Shown one piece after another: positions 37,323-50,214 of a stretch of 64,000 nucleotides of DNA (position 1 is the stretch's first letter; each line of letters starts with the position of its first letter). This DNA comes from Paramecium tetraurelia. Lineage: Eukaryota. The DNA lies in NCBI GenBank assembly GCA_000165425.1, contig CT868396.1:270826-334825 (forward strand), in the 5' to 3' direction. Made by a program: the position numbers and the translations under genes. A model generated the notes under the pieces. That model was given only the letters and a program-made list of their open reading frames with translations, searched no databases and was not told where the DNA came from.

Positions 37323-40300
37323 ATGTAAAATATTGACAGTGTCAAAATCAAGTTCCTGAGGATACTTATAAAGCATCGCTTCGTTAAAAGATTTCTTGGC
37401 AAACAAAAAATTAATGAGCAATCATATTTTACAGTCAACTAAGGCGCTTTGGCCTGCTTTAGCGAATTATGTCAATCTTTATCATGTAATAATCGCATAA
37501 TGTACTACAAGTATATAACTTAGTGAAGTCAATCTCTCAGGTTGCAACATCAACGTATACTTTGCAATTGAGTTGGCCAATCTAGTATAGAAGAATACTA
37601 ATATTGAAGTATTGCAATTAGCAAGTTGCAAGTTGAATTCATTCTCACTAAGCTGCATCTTTAAAGCGGTAATAATCTATTGATCAACACCGTAGATGAT
37701 CGATCATACCGGATTGGCTCAATTGAATTTATTTAATAATCAATCCTTTACTCCAACTGTTGTACAAGACTTCATTAAGTATGTTCTTAAAGGCAAGAAT
37801 CCTTTGATTGAAATCAATATAAGTCATTGCAACATCGAAAATGCTTAATTATCTATGATACTACCAAATTTGAAAAATCTCAAATCACTTAAGAGATTAA
37901 AGATGGGCTTAATGAGCTTGAGTTCCGAGTCACTGCTAGCACTTTCCTCAGCGATGCTACATTACACAGGTAAAAGATTCTTAGACTATCTTGATCTATC
38001 ATTTTGCTAGATAAAGAATCATGGGCTTGAATTACTTAATAAATCTCTCTATTTATCAGTAATAACCTCTATTAATATTAAATCCATCAATTTATCCGGC
38101 AACCACATCAGTTAGGATGGAGTGGTTCATTTGGAACAGATCCTCCTAAAATTAAACATTGAAGAATTGAATTTATCAAGAAATAAGATCTAAGAATTTT
38201 AGAACTAATAAGTCCTCAATAAGTAATTATTGAGGGTGGATCTATCAAGCAACATTTTTGAAGAAATCCCCAATAACTTCTTTTTGAACGTATTATCAAT
38301 TAATTTATCAAACAATCAGATCAATACTCAAGGAGCCTATTAAATTTCTTAAGTACTATCCTATAAGAAGGTTCAATGGGTGGATCTCAACATTAACAAT
38401 AATTGCATTAAAACAAGAGGCTTCATTTCTCTAATCTACGCCTTAATTGAGAATAAATCTTTAACCAATCTATCGGTAGCAAATAATAAAATTAATGGCG
38501 AAGGAATCCTTGTTTATATCTTTAATCACGAACAATTGAATCTTTAATACTTAGATCTATCTCATAATTACTTAAGGTATGATTTGGTCTATGCTTTGAT
38601 ATCTATGATGAAAGAATGTAAATTAAAAACTTTGGTGCTATCATAATTGAGACAAGATGAAAATGAAATTCATAGTGGCAAAAACGAATTATTTGAAATT
38701 AAATGTGCTAATCTTAGAGAAATTGATTTTTCCTGTAATCCATAGATAATCATGCCCATTCTTAAAAGTCTATCTAAACAGTATAATCGTCTAGAATACT
38801 TAAATCTAAACAATTGTCAATTGATTAAGAAACCAGAAAGAGAATCTCTATTTAAGAAATCAGATACCTAAACATTAGATATAAAGAAACCATATGATGC
38901 TCATGTGAGGAAATCAGACACTTTGACAATAGATTTGAAGAAATCAAGTGAGGCTAAATTTTTGATTTTCGATGAACCAATTTTCATAGATCAAACAGAT
39001 CAAAAAAACTCATAGTAACAAAATAACCAAGTATTAGAATGCATTTATAATCTATTATCAAAGACCTATACACTTTAAACTTTGTGTTTAGCGAATAACA
39101 ATTTGCATTATTTAAATGAAAATGAGTTGAAGCAATTGGAAGGCTGCTTTGCTAATAATTTTACGTTGCTCTCCCTTGATTTATCAAATAACAAGTTAAA
39201 ATCTAAAATTGTGTTTTTGGTAAATGGATTAAAAAACTGTGGTTCTTTACGCTATTTGAACATAAGCAATAATCAGATTGAAGAAGATTATGAGGTAATA
39301 ATTAAATTGCCTGAAATTTTCAAGAATCCAAGTTTGCAATACATTGATTTATCATTGAATTCTATTCATAGTGCCACTTTTTAGAATATGAAAAAAATAC
39401 TATTAAGATAGTATAAGTAATTCCCCTAGATGAATTTGAGCTAATTAAAATTAACAGCAGATGACCTTGTTAGCATCAGTGAAATCATACGCGAATCTTA
39501 CTCAATTAGAAAATTGGAATTGTTTGGCAATCAGTCCATTGATTATTTGAATAATGTGCTGGTGTATGGAGACAATAATAAGGTTGAGTCTCTGTCCATA
39601 AACAGATTGAAGTTGAGAAGAGATATTTTTGAAAATCTCTTTTAGATATTGGTTTAAAATCAAAAATGGATGAGAATCATAGAAATATCAAACACTTTAT
39701 TAAAAAATTATCAATTGAAGAAATTGTTAGAGCAATTAAAATAGATGCATTCTCTGAAGGCACTAATAATGGACAATTAATATTTCGATAACAAAGAAGT
39801 GATTGATTCCTTGAAAGAATTGTTTCGATCGTTTAAGAAATTGAAAACCTTATCGATTCGAAAGTCAACTCTCTCTGTTGAATTTTTTGAATTCCTCTAT
39901 CAACTATTATCGCATTCTAAGAACTTGGAAGAACTGGATCTTAGTAGCAATCAAAGCAACGATTATGAACACAAATGCATCATCCCCAAACAAGGTATTG
40001 AACTACTTTCATAGGGGATTCAAATTACTTAAACTCTCAAGAATCTTAATCTATCGAAATGCTAATTAGATGATGAAGTAATGCAGATATTCATAGACAC
40101 TCTACCTTTGAATACCTCATTGATTCAACTAGATATCAGTGAATGCAATCTCACAAAACTAAGCTTCCTAAGATTTAAAAAAAACTTCAGCCAAAATCCT
40201 TCGTTATTACAAAAACTATGTTGTTAATTGATGATTGATGAGATCCCCAATAATCTTGTTAACAGTTAGAGTCTACCCAATTTATTCTATCTTGACATCT

Positions 40301-42553
40301 CCAAAAATAAGTAAAAAAATAGAAGTATCGTTAAATTAGTCCAGTGTTGCTAACCTAATAATATCTTCTAAAATCTCTTCTTCCTTAATTTGGAATAGTG
40401 TCATCTCAACGATCATCATTGTAAAGCTTTAAGCAAATTAATCGTAACCAATTTGAAGGAGTTGCATCTTAGTCAAAACCAAATCACCTTTGTTGGATTT
40501 AAAGACCTGTTTGACCCTATCTTAGAGGGAAATTCCAAACTCAAAGCCTTAAATTTGTCAAAAAACAAAATCAATGAAGAATACTTTTGCTAACTCGAAT
40601 ACAAGGAACTAAATATGAGAATCGATTCTCTAGAACTGTTGTCTCTTGATGGTAATTTCTGTTATGGCAAGGGTTGCAAAGGATTTATAAAACTCTTATC
40701 CCAAAATCCCAAACTCTATATCTTTAACCATTGGCTGAACATTAATGACTAATTGGCTTACTTAGTAATTTAGTCTTACATTCAGTTCACTTAATTGTAC
40801 AACCTAAAATATGGTTAGCATAACTACATACAATAATTGATTATAAAGGAGACTGATTTCTCAGATGACTTTTTAATTTGGTTTGGTTACAACTATTTTC
40901 AATTGCCCTATTTGTAATACATAGATTTCTCAAGCAATACAAGGTTCTGTACAAGCATGGGAAAGATGCACATGTATATTAATATGATAAACAATCAAGT
41001 CAATTACAATTTGCTTCAAGTTAAGTTTGATGAAGTCGAACAACAAACCCTGACTATGTTCGATGACGGATTGATTAGGTTCCATCTGCTGAAATAGAAA
41101 TTTCGATTTCAAAATTACACCATCATGTAAAGCAGTTATGGCATCAATGATCAAAATATCGAAACCATAAAATGGGGGTTCATTGGGAAATTCATAATTC
41201 ACATAATAAACAAACTGTTATATCTGTTTTAGGGATCTCTAACAGAATTCAGGATGAGTAGTTAACTATAGAAACACCTGAGGAGAAAAATGAACAGCAT
41301 GAAAATTTACTACATATTGGGTTGTTTGGTAGAGCCAGTATTTATAATTTTGGCACTTCTTACAGCATTCATGTTGTAGACTCCTTTGTCTTTAGAGGAC
41401 TTGTAAGACCATAGAAATTGTCGAAATCAATATTGCTTTATTAACGACGTGTAAATTCTCACTTTGACTTTGTTCATAGTGGATATTCTCGTAATTGTGA
41501 TGTGCAGTGTAACTAACATGATTATAGCAATCAAGCTAAGGATTAATTCAGAGCCAGACTTCTACATTTTGACTTACGAATAAAAGAAGGAATTAAAAAG
41601 GAAATTCCCAATAAAAAAAGAGTTGCTACTATTGATGCTCTAGATACTACTGTAATGCAAGTACATTTTCGACACTCTAATCATATCATCCAGTTACAAC
41701 ATGTCAAGTTACATTGAGAAATATGAAGACAATTCCTTCTAATAAATTAAAACTAATTTCTTAGCAACTGCTTACATGATGACTGTAATGATATGCGTTA
41801 AATTCACCATTTTTTGTTATCAGGATGTGAAATGCACTATCCAATTTTTTAAACATCCAAATAAGGATGCTTCATTTCTCTTGTCAAATATGTGGATCAA
41901 GAATATCTATGATACCAATATTCTCGTCGAGAATGTGATCAGCAATTTCTGTCCACAATCGGGAATTAAAATAAGAAATAGTCTATTTAATTTGAAACAG
42001 ATTTATTAGCTGACTTAATTATTTGTAATTGAGTTACCCACCTTCTTCATATATCTATTCTTCTTTAATAACTACTAACTGATGTTTTTGAAAATGGGCT
42101 ACTAAACAGTAATCACAGTCACAATAATATTTCAAGTCATTGGAATGATACGCAATATTATCAAGGGTCTCTGCAATGCCTATTGGGCCCTAGTGTCGAG
42201 ACCTCCAGTTGTGAAATGGTTTGATATCAATGAATTCTTATTGTTACGAAGATATCAGCATTTGGGAGAGAAGCGATTGATAACTCAGTAGTCCATTAAA
42301 TAGAAGAAGCAATTCAACAGCTTCAAAAATATAATAAAGAAGAAGCAGATGCAGAATCAACAAATAACATAGAAATCAAAGAGTGATAGAATAATAGAGA
42401 AACGAAAAACATCCAGAAGAGCCAGTGAAGAACATGAAGAAGAAGGTAAGATATTAATCTTTAAACATAGCAGATTACTTAGTTAAAAAAAGCCAGATTA
42501 CAACAGAAAATATGTATATAGGAACTCTTAATACTAAAATGAAATCAGACTGA
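37323..42553 (+). CDS. Leucine-rich-repeat protein with C-terminal multipass membrane domain, paralog 2, ~1,718 aa
   Basis: Colinear with paralog 1 (KYVLKGKNPLIEIN, GEGILVY, YDLVYALISMMKEC, CPQxGI, SRPP). Introns 37502-37523, 37669-37695, 42446-42470. Confidence 0.85.
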
Positions 42554-42902
42554 ATACTATGATTAATATAATAATTATTTATTTTGATTAATTAATAAAA
42601 TTTTCATTAATTTATATTTAATTAAATGTTTGGCAATATAAATTTTTTGATATTTTCTGTTTTCTATTGAAGAATCAGGATTTCAATTTATATTTCAACA
42701 CAAAATTATGATATCCTTCTCACATGCTTGAAATTCCAAGAGACATCTATGTGATAGTGAAGGTCTTACTTAATTTTAAATCAAAGATATTTTGATGTAC
42801 TTATGTGTGTGTGATTCGTTTTGGCAAGATTAAGGATATAAATAGCTTGGAATTAATAAGTGTGGAGATAATAAATAAAAATAGTTATTATTATATATAT
42901 GC

Positions 42903-43680
42903 ATGAATACTCTACTCAAATCAATAGCAGGGAAGTTCTCGACAGTTGCATTACATGCTGCCCTCCCTTTTACAGGGTATAAATACGATGACATCGACAC
43001 TTCCAGAAGTTATAGATTGCGATCTTTACTCTCTGAAATTTGGGACAACAGAATCGATGAAGGATTTCATATGGCTTATGAGTAATTGTTCATTTAAATT
43101 GTTTAGAAACTTCATTTAGGCACTCAGTGAGAAAGATTACAAGTTCATTTCAACTATAGCTAATGCAAATCTAGAAAGATCTCTAGAGAAATATAATTTT
43201 CAATTATTGAACCTCCAGAATGGAACTAAAGATATTGTCTACTCTGATTTAACGTATCACTTATTTTAAATATTAATAGATTATCAATTGGTGACACATC
43301 ATAATAGTGCGTAAAGATGTCGGTTTTCGACTGTGTGAATTTAGATATCTATGGCAATGATAGTGAACGATCCGAAATTTAAAAGTATATACAAATTATA
43401 TTTAGTGTTACATTTCGAGTTGAATGCTACATACTATCCTAGTTCATGCTACATCCAACTCCCGAGGCCCATTTCGAATCCATTTATCACAGAGTATTCA
43501 TGAATCTAAACCTCCTAGGTGATGTTTGAATTGAAACTAACACAGGCTGCCAAGTCAAATCCAGATTTAATTAAGGTCTTGTTGTTGAATTCAAAGAAGA
43601 GAATGAAATACCTCCGAAACCATTTTATAGGTAAACAATATGAATGGAGAATTATGGAAATTGATAATTTAAATGTGTGA
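42903..43680 (+). CDS. Probable mitochondrial protein (~226 aa), possibly Tim44-like domain
   Basis: Presequence-like MNTLLKSIAGKFSTVA. Four predicted introns. C-terminal HRVMFE...EWRIMEIDN pattern is reminiscent of Tim44/Mba1-like folds (weak). Confidence 0.6.
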
Positions 43681-43750
43681 TGAATTCGATATCAATTATA
43701 ATTATTATAATTTATAATATATATATATATAATCATAACAATTCATCATC

Positions 43751-45814
43751 TCATGAATCAGATTAAAGAAAGGAAGAGTCAATCTATTCAAATTCATCAT
43801 CATTCTATTTATTCTCCCCTTGATTCATTTAGGACTCCTCCTCTAAAATTTCAGACTCCTCCTTCTTCACTTGATCTACAAACTACTCCTACTCCACCTT
43901 ATTACTTTTGTTCTCTTGTTTACCCTGTATTTCCTTCTACTATCCTGATGATCTAATCCTGACAACTTAGATTGGTCGTTTAAAAATGGAACGAATATCT
44001 CCATTCTTCTACTACTTATTATTATTAGTCTTAGCTGTCAATCTCTCCGTCATTGGTTCTAAATAAGTTGAACTACTCTCTGTTATCATTTTCCCCTTAT
44101 ATCCATTCAGCTACACTTCAGATTAATTCCTTTGCATCCTTTTCGATTTCGTCGATTCCAACAACTCTTAAAACAATGTCTCCAACCTGGATTTGGAATC
44201 CAGTAATGCTTGATTCTCAATATCTAACTTTTTCAATCTCCCCTTTAAGTAACCTGTTGATTCCATTGTAGATTTCAATGAACTCTAAGCTGCTTTGTGC
44301 GATTCCCTCAATAATGTTAATTCTGTTTGCAATTCTTAGACCTACTTCTTCAACAAGTCAATTTCACTCAATCTGCCTTTTTTATTCTATTGGGAAATCA
44401 AAAAATCTAACTACTACTTCAATTCAGACTTATCTCTTTAGAGCATCCTCACTTACTCTTTACTTTTGCTGAGATCTCCCTCAAGGATTAGTACCTATTC
44501 CCTGAACTATTGATTTTATTTCATCAAGGCTTTTACCTACAGAAAAGAGCACTCTATACTTCTTAATCCAATTTTCTCATCCTCTCAAATGCATCCACCA
44601 ATTTCTTATCTTTCTCAAGCTGCTTACTTGAACTCTCTTTATATAGAATTTCCTATTCTTTTTGCTTTGCCAATAACTCTCTATTCTAATCATTTACCAA
44701 CTGTAATTACTCTAAAATGGTAGCATTTTCTCTATGAAATAATTTGGAAATGAAATACTTCTAAATTTATGAAATCCTGTCTTCGTATTATTTCTTTCCC
44801 TTTTGAATCTATGCCTCCTTATCTTTTAGTTGTACCTCGTAAGTCAACTCTAAATCCTTCAATTTGTCTTAAAGCACTCCATTATTCTTTTGCAAATTAA
44901 CCACTTTGGTATGCTCTTCGTCTACTTTATTTTGTAACTCTTAAAACTATTTATCTTTTTCAGAGACTTGTTTAGCGTAGCAATTAATTTATTGATCCAA
45001 ATACTGCATTTCTTGTATTTATTTTTCATTCACTTTTTTGAGACTGTCATTTTCACATTGCAATTAATCCTTTTTTCTTTTGACTTGATCAATTTCCTCC
45101 TCATTGTTTTTTGCCTTGTTTTCCATTTGCTATTCCAATCTCGCTAGATTTCTCATTTATTCCTCATGCATCTTCTCCCTCTGGAATATTTCATTCTGAT
45201 ATTGGTGAATTTGTTCTCTCAAAGTTTCTAATTCCTTATTGTGTTTATTTTTTAAATCTTATAGAGTGTTCTACATCTATTTCTTATCTTGTTCCAAGTC
45301 TGTTACTTGATTCTTTAGTTTTTCCTTCTCCAAATTGAGTAAATTTTCATTATGTATTAACTTCTCATTGATTTATTTCAAATCATTACGGTCTAACTAT
45401 AAATCTCTAATAGTTTATTCCAATCCAGGAGCATTCCCATCTTGAGGTTGCTGATTGGCCAACTGTTGATTGGCTAGGTCCAATTCATTCCTAATAGAAG
45501 CAAGCTCATCTTGGTGTTGCTTGAGTAATTGCTTAATTATAGATGTAACTTCTACCTTAAATTCTCTCTCTTTAGTTTTCCACTCCACTACATCACTCTG
45601 GTTTTTTTCTACAAGTTTTATATTCTAGGTCTCCAGCATTTTGATCTTTTCCTATAATTCTAAGACCTAGAATTTAAAATTGTTGAAATACATCTGCATT
45701 CTGATTGATTCGAGTCTCAAGAGCAGCAACCTATTTTTCTAGCTTCAAAACCTGGGTTTGTCTACTTTCTAGTTCTGATTCTAGAGATTTGATTTTGATA
45801 TCTTTATCAGTCAT
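43751..45814 (-). CDS. Long coiled-coil protein (~650 aa)
   Basis: E/K/Q-rich heptads from MTDKDIKIKSLESELESRQTQVLKLEKQ. About four tiny introns. TGA at 43751-43753. Confidence 0.75.
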
Positions 45815-45827
45815 TAAATTTATTAAT

Positions 45828-46471
45828 ATGGGAATAGACATTGTCAACTTCTACAGCAGCTATGGTAGTTATCACAGCAATATAGTGTAAATTTATATAA
45901 ATATCAGAATGCAGGAACAAGGCCATACATTTGGTGTGTATTCCACTCATTTTGCTATCAGCTGTTTAAATTACGAACCATTACTCATTCACCATTGACA
46001 CAGGCTGTTGTCAATTAAACTTTGGTTTAATAATGCTGTTCGTTCTTGCTCTAGTCTACATGACTGTGGACCTGGTCAGTGGAGTAAGTTTTATATATCA
46101 TACACCAAAGATTCTTGCTTCATCATTTTATATCGCAGTCACGCTATTCCTCAATTAACGCTTCGCCAATAGCGATGAGGCTCAATGGAGTAATCACTTG
46201 TTTTTGGCCACTACCTTCCAAGTCGCTTGTTGGATTTTGTAGTTTATTGGACATGGAGTTTTCGAAAGTAATTCTACCCCACTATTTTCTAATTTTCCTA
46301 GAACGTGCACCTGCTCTTTTGGACAACATTCTGTAGATCTTTGTGGCCCCAGACTTCGTGTTCTTGGAAGTATTGTTCTTTTTGGGTTACAAGCCCCAAA
46401 TTCACAAGGCTTGTCAGACCCAGATTGAAAACAGTATCAAACAATTCAGAAATTCGAAGAAAGAAATTTGA
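45828..46471 (+). CDS. Mpo1/DUF962-family membrane protein (2-hydroxy fatty acid dioxygenase-like)
   Basis: YGSYHSNIVNKAIHLVCIP and [21 protein letters not shown]...APDFVFLE motifs. Three introns (28, 27, 34 nt). Confidence 0.88.
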
Positions 46472-46497
46472 TATTATATTAAAATTTAATATAATCT

Positions 46498-46897
46498 ATG
46501 ATTGGCAAAGAGCAAGTTGATGTCATTGATTAATATGCTTCATCCATTGTGAATTATGTGGACAATTAACAAAAGAGTATGTCTATGTCCTATTGTCTAA
46601 AGTTATTTAATTGAAAACTTCGACCATTTAAAAATTGAACGAGGTGACTATTGTGCATTACTAAAAAAACTTGGACAAAATCAATTAAATCCGATCGGAA
46701 TTCGAAGAAACCAAAAGCATTTGTAAGTTATCCAATCTTCTATCAAGACTGTAGAAAATAAATTGGATGAGAATATTCAGAAAATCAATTAGATACAGAA
46801 TTCAATCGAAGGGATGGAATCATCAGTTGATCATTTAGATTCCATCTTGAAAAGGATCGAAAGTAAATTGACAGAGTTGGAAAAGTTAAAGCAATGA
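46498..46897 (+). CDS. BLOC1S2: BLOC-1 subunit 2-like coiled-coil protein (113 aa)
   Basis: IQKLNEVTIVHY...INQIQNSIEGMESSVDHLDSILKRIESKLTELEK matches the BLOS2 pattern (LENMN...Y; INxIExQVxxLExxxxxLDxYSKxLE). Introns 46577-46602 and 46723-46754. Confidence 0.65.
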
Positions 46898-46930
46898 TAT
46901 CTGATTGAGTTAATTTTAAAAATATTTAAT

Positions 46931-48405
46931 ATGCAAAGTGATTTCTAAGAGGAAGTGGTCAAATCGGAATACGTTTAGGCAGAGGATCAATTCATTCAAG
47001 TTTGCCAATATGCCTAGTTATAATCCAGAACAACTGGTGGAAGATCGCCTAAGAGAATCTATCCGACAATCGGCTGCTCAAAGACCAACAAATCATCAGG
47101 ATGACCCCACTTCAGTCAAGTTCCATAGGCATCAATCGTATAATCAATTACAAGCCTGGATGGAACAAGTTGGAATTGACATGCAGCAACACAGACAAAT
47201 TATTAAGGATGTTTATCGCATTTTAGATAAGAGAATTGCAATTTCAAATAGAAGCATTCAAAATCTCATTCATTTCATTAAGACTTTTGTGTAACATGAA
47301 AAATAAAACGTAGAGTACTTAAGAACTAAGAACAAGGATATCAATAAACTATTTCAAGATGGATAAACTTTGTACTATCCTAAATTAGATGAAACTATCA
47401 AAGAAATTTGTAATTATGATCAAGGTAATGCCATCAAAATCCTCAATCTCCTAGATGGAATTGACAAATTTATCAAAGAGAAGCTGGATTTCAATATAGA
47501 GATGTTTGAAACTGGAATCTCAATCCATAGGGATCAGTATCGAAAAGCCTTTAGCAACTTTGCTTCCAGTTCCTCAAAACTCACCAAGTACCGCAGAAAA
47601 CATTAAGGGTTATATCAGAGACAAATGCAAGGAGAGAACAAAGGAAAGGATCTCTATCATACTGAACGTAAATTGATCGACTCCTTCCTTGAGATGGCCA
47701 AATTACAGAAGACTATGGGACAAGCAGTCACGAGACTATTTGATGAAGTAAAAAAACAAGAAGTCCATAGATATCAAATTGTCGTCACTTCATTAAGAAT
47801 GTACCTTGATAAACATGTGCAATTGAGTCAAAGCAAACAATAGTAGATTTCAGCATAAGAGGAACTGATTTATGGAGTAGCATTTTCATTTTTATATAGT
47901 CTAGCTAATTAATTAATTAGAACCTGAACAAGTAGTTCAATCATTTGAAGTATCGAATTTCTTAAGCCAAGATGTTGCGAGGATAGTGTAGAAAATGCTT
48001 GGAAAATAGTTGTTGACACTTCCATAACTGTAAGATTTCCTCTGCAATTATCCTGATGCCTACATTAAATTGGGAAGTGTGCAAGAAAACCATTCCTTAG
48101 TGAAGTTAAGAATCAAAAATGCGTAAATAGATTGTGGAAATGTTTTGAAAACATGGAAGCCCTGCCAAATTATAGCTACAATTGATAACAATGTTCTTAT
48201 TTACCTTAAAGAAACCAATGAGTTTAAAGGCAAATTTTTATGTGATTCCTCATAAATTGTACAAAAGACACGAGTGCCTTTAACTGCAGAGATTAAGTGT
48301 ACCAAACCAGGTTTTATTTTTGACTCTACCAAAACAGCTCTCCTGTAATTAGAAGCTCAAGATTTCGATTCTCTCCATGGCTTGTTATTTAAATAACCTA
48401 AATGA
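46931..48405 (+). CDS. Helical (BAR-like) plus C-terminal PH-like domain protein, ~474 aa
   Basis: Long amphipathic helical region, then VLKTWKPCQIIATIDNNVLIY PH-type strands. Introns ~46973-47000 and 47899-47920. Confidence 0.6.
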
Positions 48406-48511
48406 ATTCATTATCTATATGTTTGGTATCTATATTGAAAACTCATTAAATTGAAGAAAATAATATTTTATGACTAAATTACTTTATAGATTAATAAAAA
48501 TAAATTTATTA

Positions 48512-49627
48512 TCATTGTAATTCAGTTATGAATTATTAAGTTTATCTTTGCTATTGCTTCTATTGCTCATGTTATCTTAACTTTTTGAACGTAAAATATA
48601 CTAAGAATGGTAGTAAAATCAGTTGGAGTACTATAAATATTATTTCCCAAACTCCAATGGATTGACTTTCATCCTGAATACATAGACCGTTTCTGAGTTA
48701 CTCGATATATACATAATTTTCTTAAGTTTGAACATTAAACTTCTTGTTCTTCAAGAATGGCAATCCTAATATGATAGCATTCCCATATTGTTCTTCTGAG
48801 TAGATCTTTAGTATGTCTTATCCACTCTCTTCATCATGGAAGACATAGTTAGCAGGATCTACTATCAACGGATTGTCTTGATTGGCATTATTATAAAACA
48901 ATAGAGGCTCCAAATCATCATCCGAATGATCTCTATGATCTCGATAATAGAAACCAGTTGAATCAAAGACAAAACCTCTGGAATAAAAATACTTTTGGGG
49001 AAATATTTCTTTGGGAATTGAAATCAAATCATCAGACACTATGTAGATTGAATAAGATGTAGTATCATAAACCTTGAAAGCAATCTCCATATATTGAAGA
49101 TGTAGACTATACGTTACATACTTTTCTTCTTTTAACTTATTGAATACTCCTTCGCTATTTAATTACTCAGTATTCTGAGATATTGAATTAAAATCTGTAA
49201 TAATATATCCTTCGGTTTCTGAGAGACACAAACTAAATCCGTTCGAATAAAAGGTGTTTTGATGATTCTAAAATGGGGCCAGAGCAAGGAAACTCTCCTG
49301 AATCTTAGTTTCTTATAATGATTAATCAGAGTAAATGATTGTCTGAGAGTTGTCTTCATCAGATTGAATATCATAAATATAGAAGATCTCTTTCTCCAGT
49401 TTAACTTTTTTTCTTTCTCCATTTTGATAGACTTCAGCATAACACTCATTATATTCATATTCTGGACATCGATCATTCTATGAATGTCTATGCAAAAATT
49501 CAGACAAATCCTCATCTAATTTTAGTTGAACTTTAAGGTCTGAGTCTAAACTCAAATGTGGCTGCCCGTCTTTATATGAAATAGGGTACATAGAAGAGAC
49601 AATATAGAATGAGAGAAACAAAAGCAT
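48512..49627 (-). CDS. Pepsin-like aspartic protease homolog with signal peptide and C-terminal TM, lacking DTG/DSG motifs (371 aa)
   Basis: Intronless 372-codon frame. Signal peptide MLLFLSFYIVSS, FSLCLS, PANYVF, IILGLPFLK, TM VWEIIFIVLQLILLPFLVYFTF. Confidence 0.65.
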
Positions 49628-50214
49628 TATTAAATATAATTAAAAAACCCTAGATCGAAATCCATATTATGAATTAATTAAATTAAATTATTCTCACATT
49701 TATTGGTTTGCATTAAGTCACCAATTGCGCAATAATTTAGTGAACAATAAATAAAATATGTACCTAGTAATAATATTTATTATTCTAAATTTTACACCAT
49801 GTCTATTTTAGTGTAATAATATACACTCATTTACATTTTTGATTTAATTTACTATTAGAATTTAATACATCCATAGGAAATTGAATGATTAAATTATACA
49901 GTTGGAAATGGATAAGGTTTCAGTAGGAGACTTAGTATTCCATTTAATTTGTAAAATACCAATCTCAATCGGATAGTATTTTATTGTTATTCTGTTGTTT
50001 AATAAAAGTAAACTTATTTCCCTTGGATGTAGAAATCAGATAGATTAAATTGAAAATTTCATAATTCTCACTTGTCGAGTATATACTCCTCTCTTTATTT
50101 GAAGATAATCTACTCTCAGATATTAATCATTAATTGATGAAGACATGTTTTCATATCAGGGTTGACTTTGTGAATAGGTATTCAATTTTTTATAATAATT
50201 TATATATACTCATA

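Noticed and set aside
47009..47677. Second long TGA-free frame overlapping the BAR-PH-like gene
   Set aside because: It lacks recognisable features, and alternative frames are often long when TGA is the only stop.
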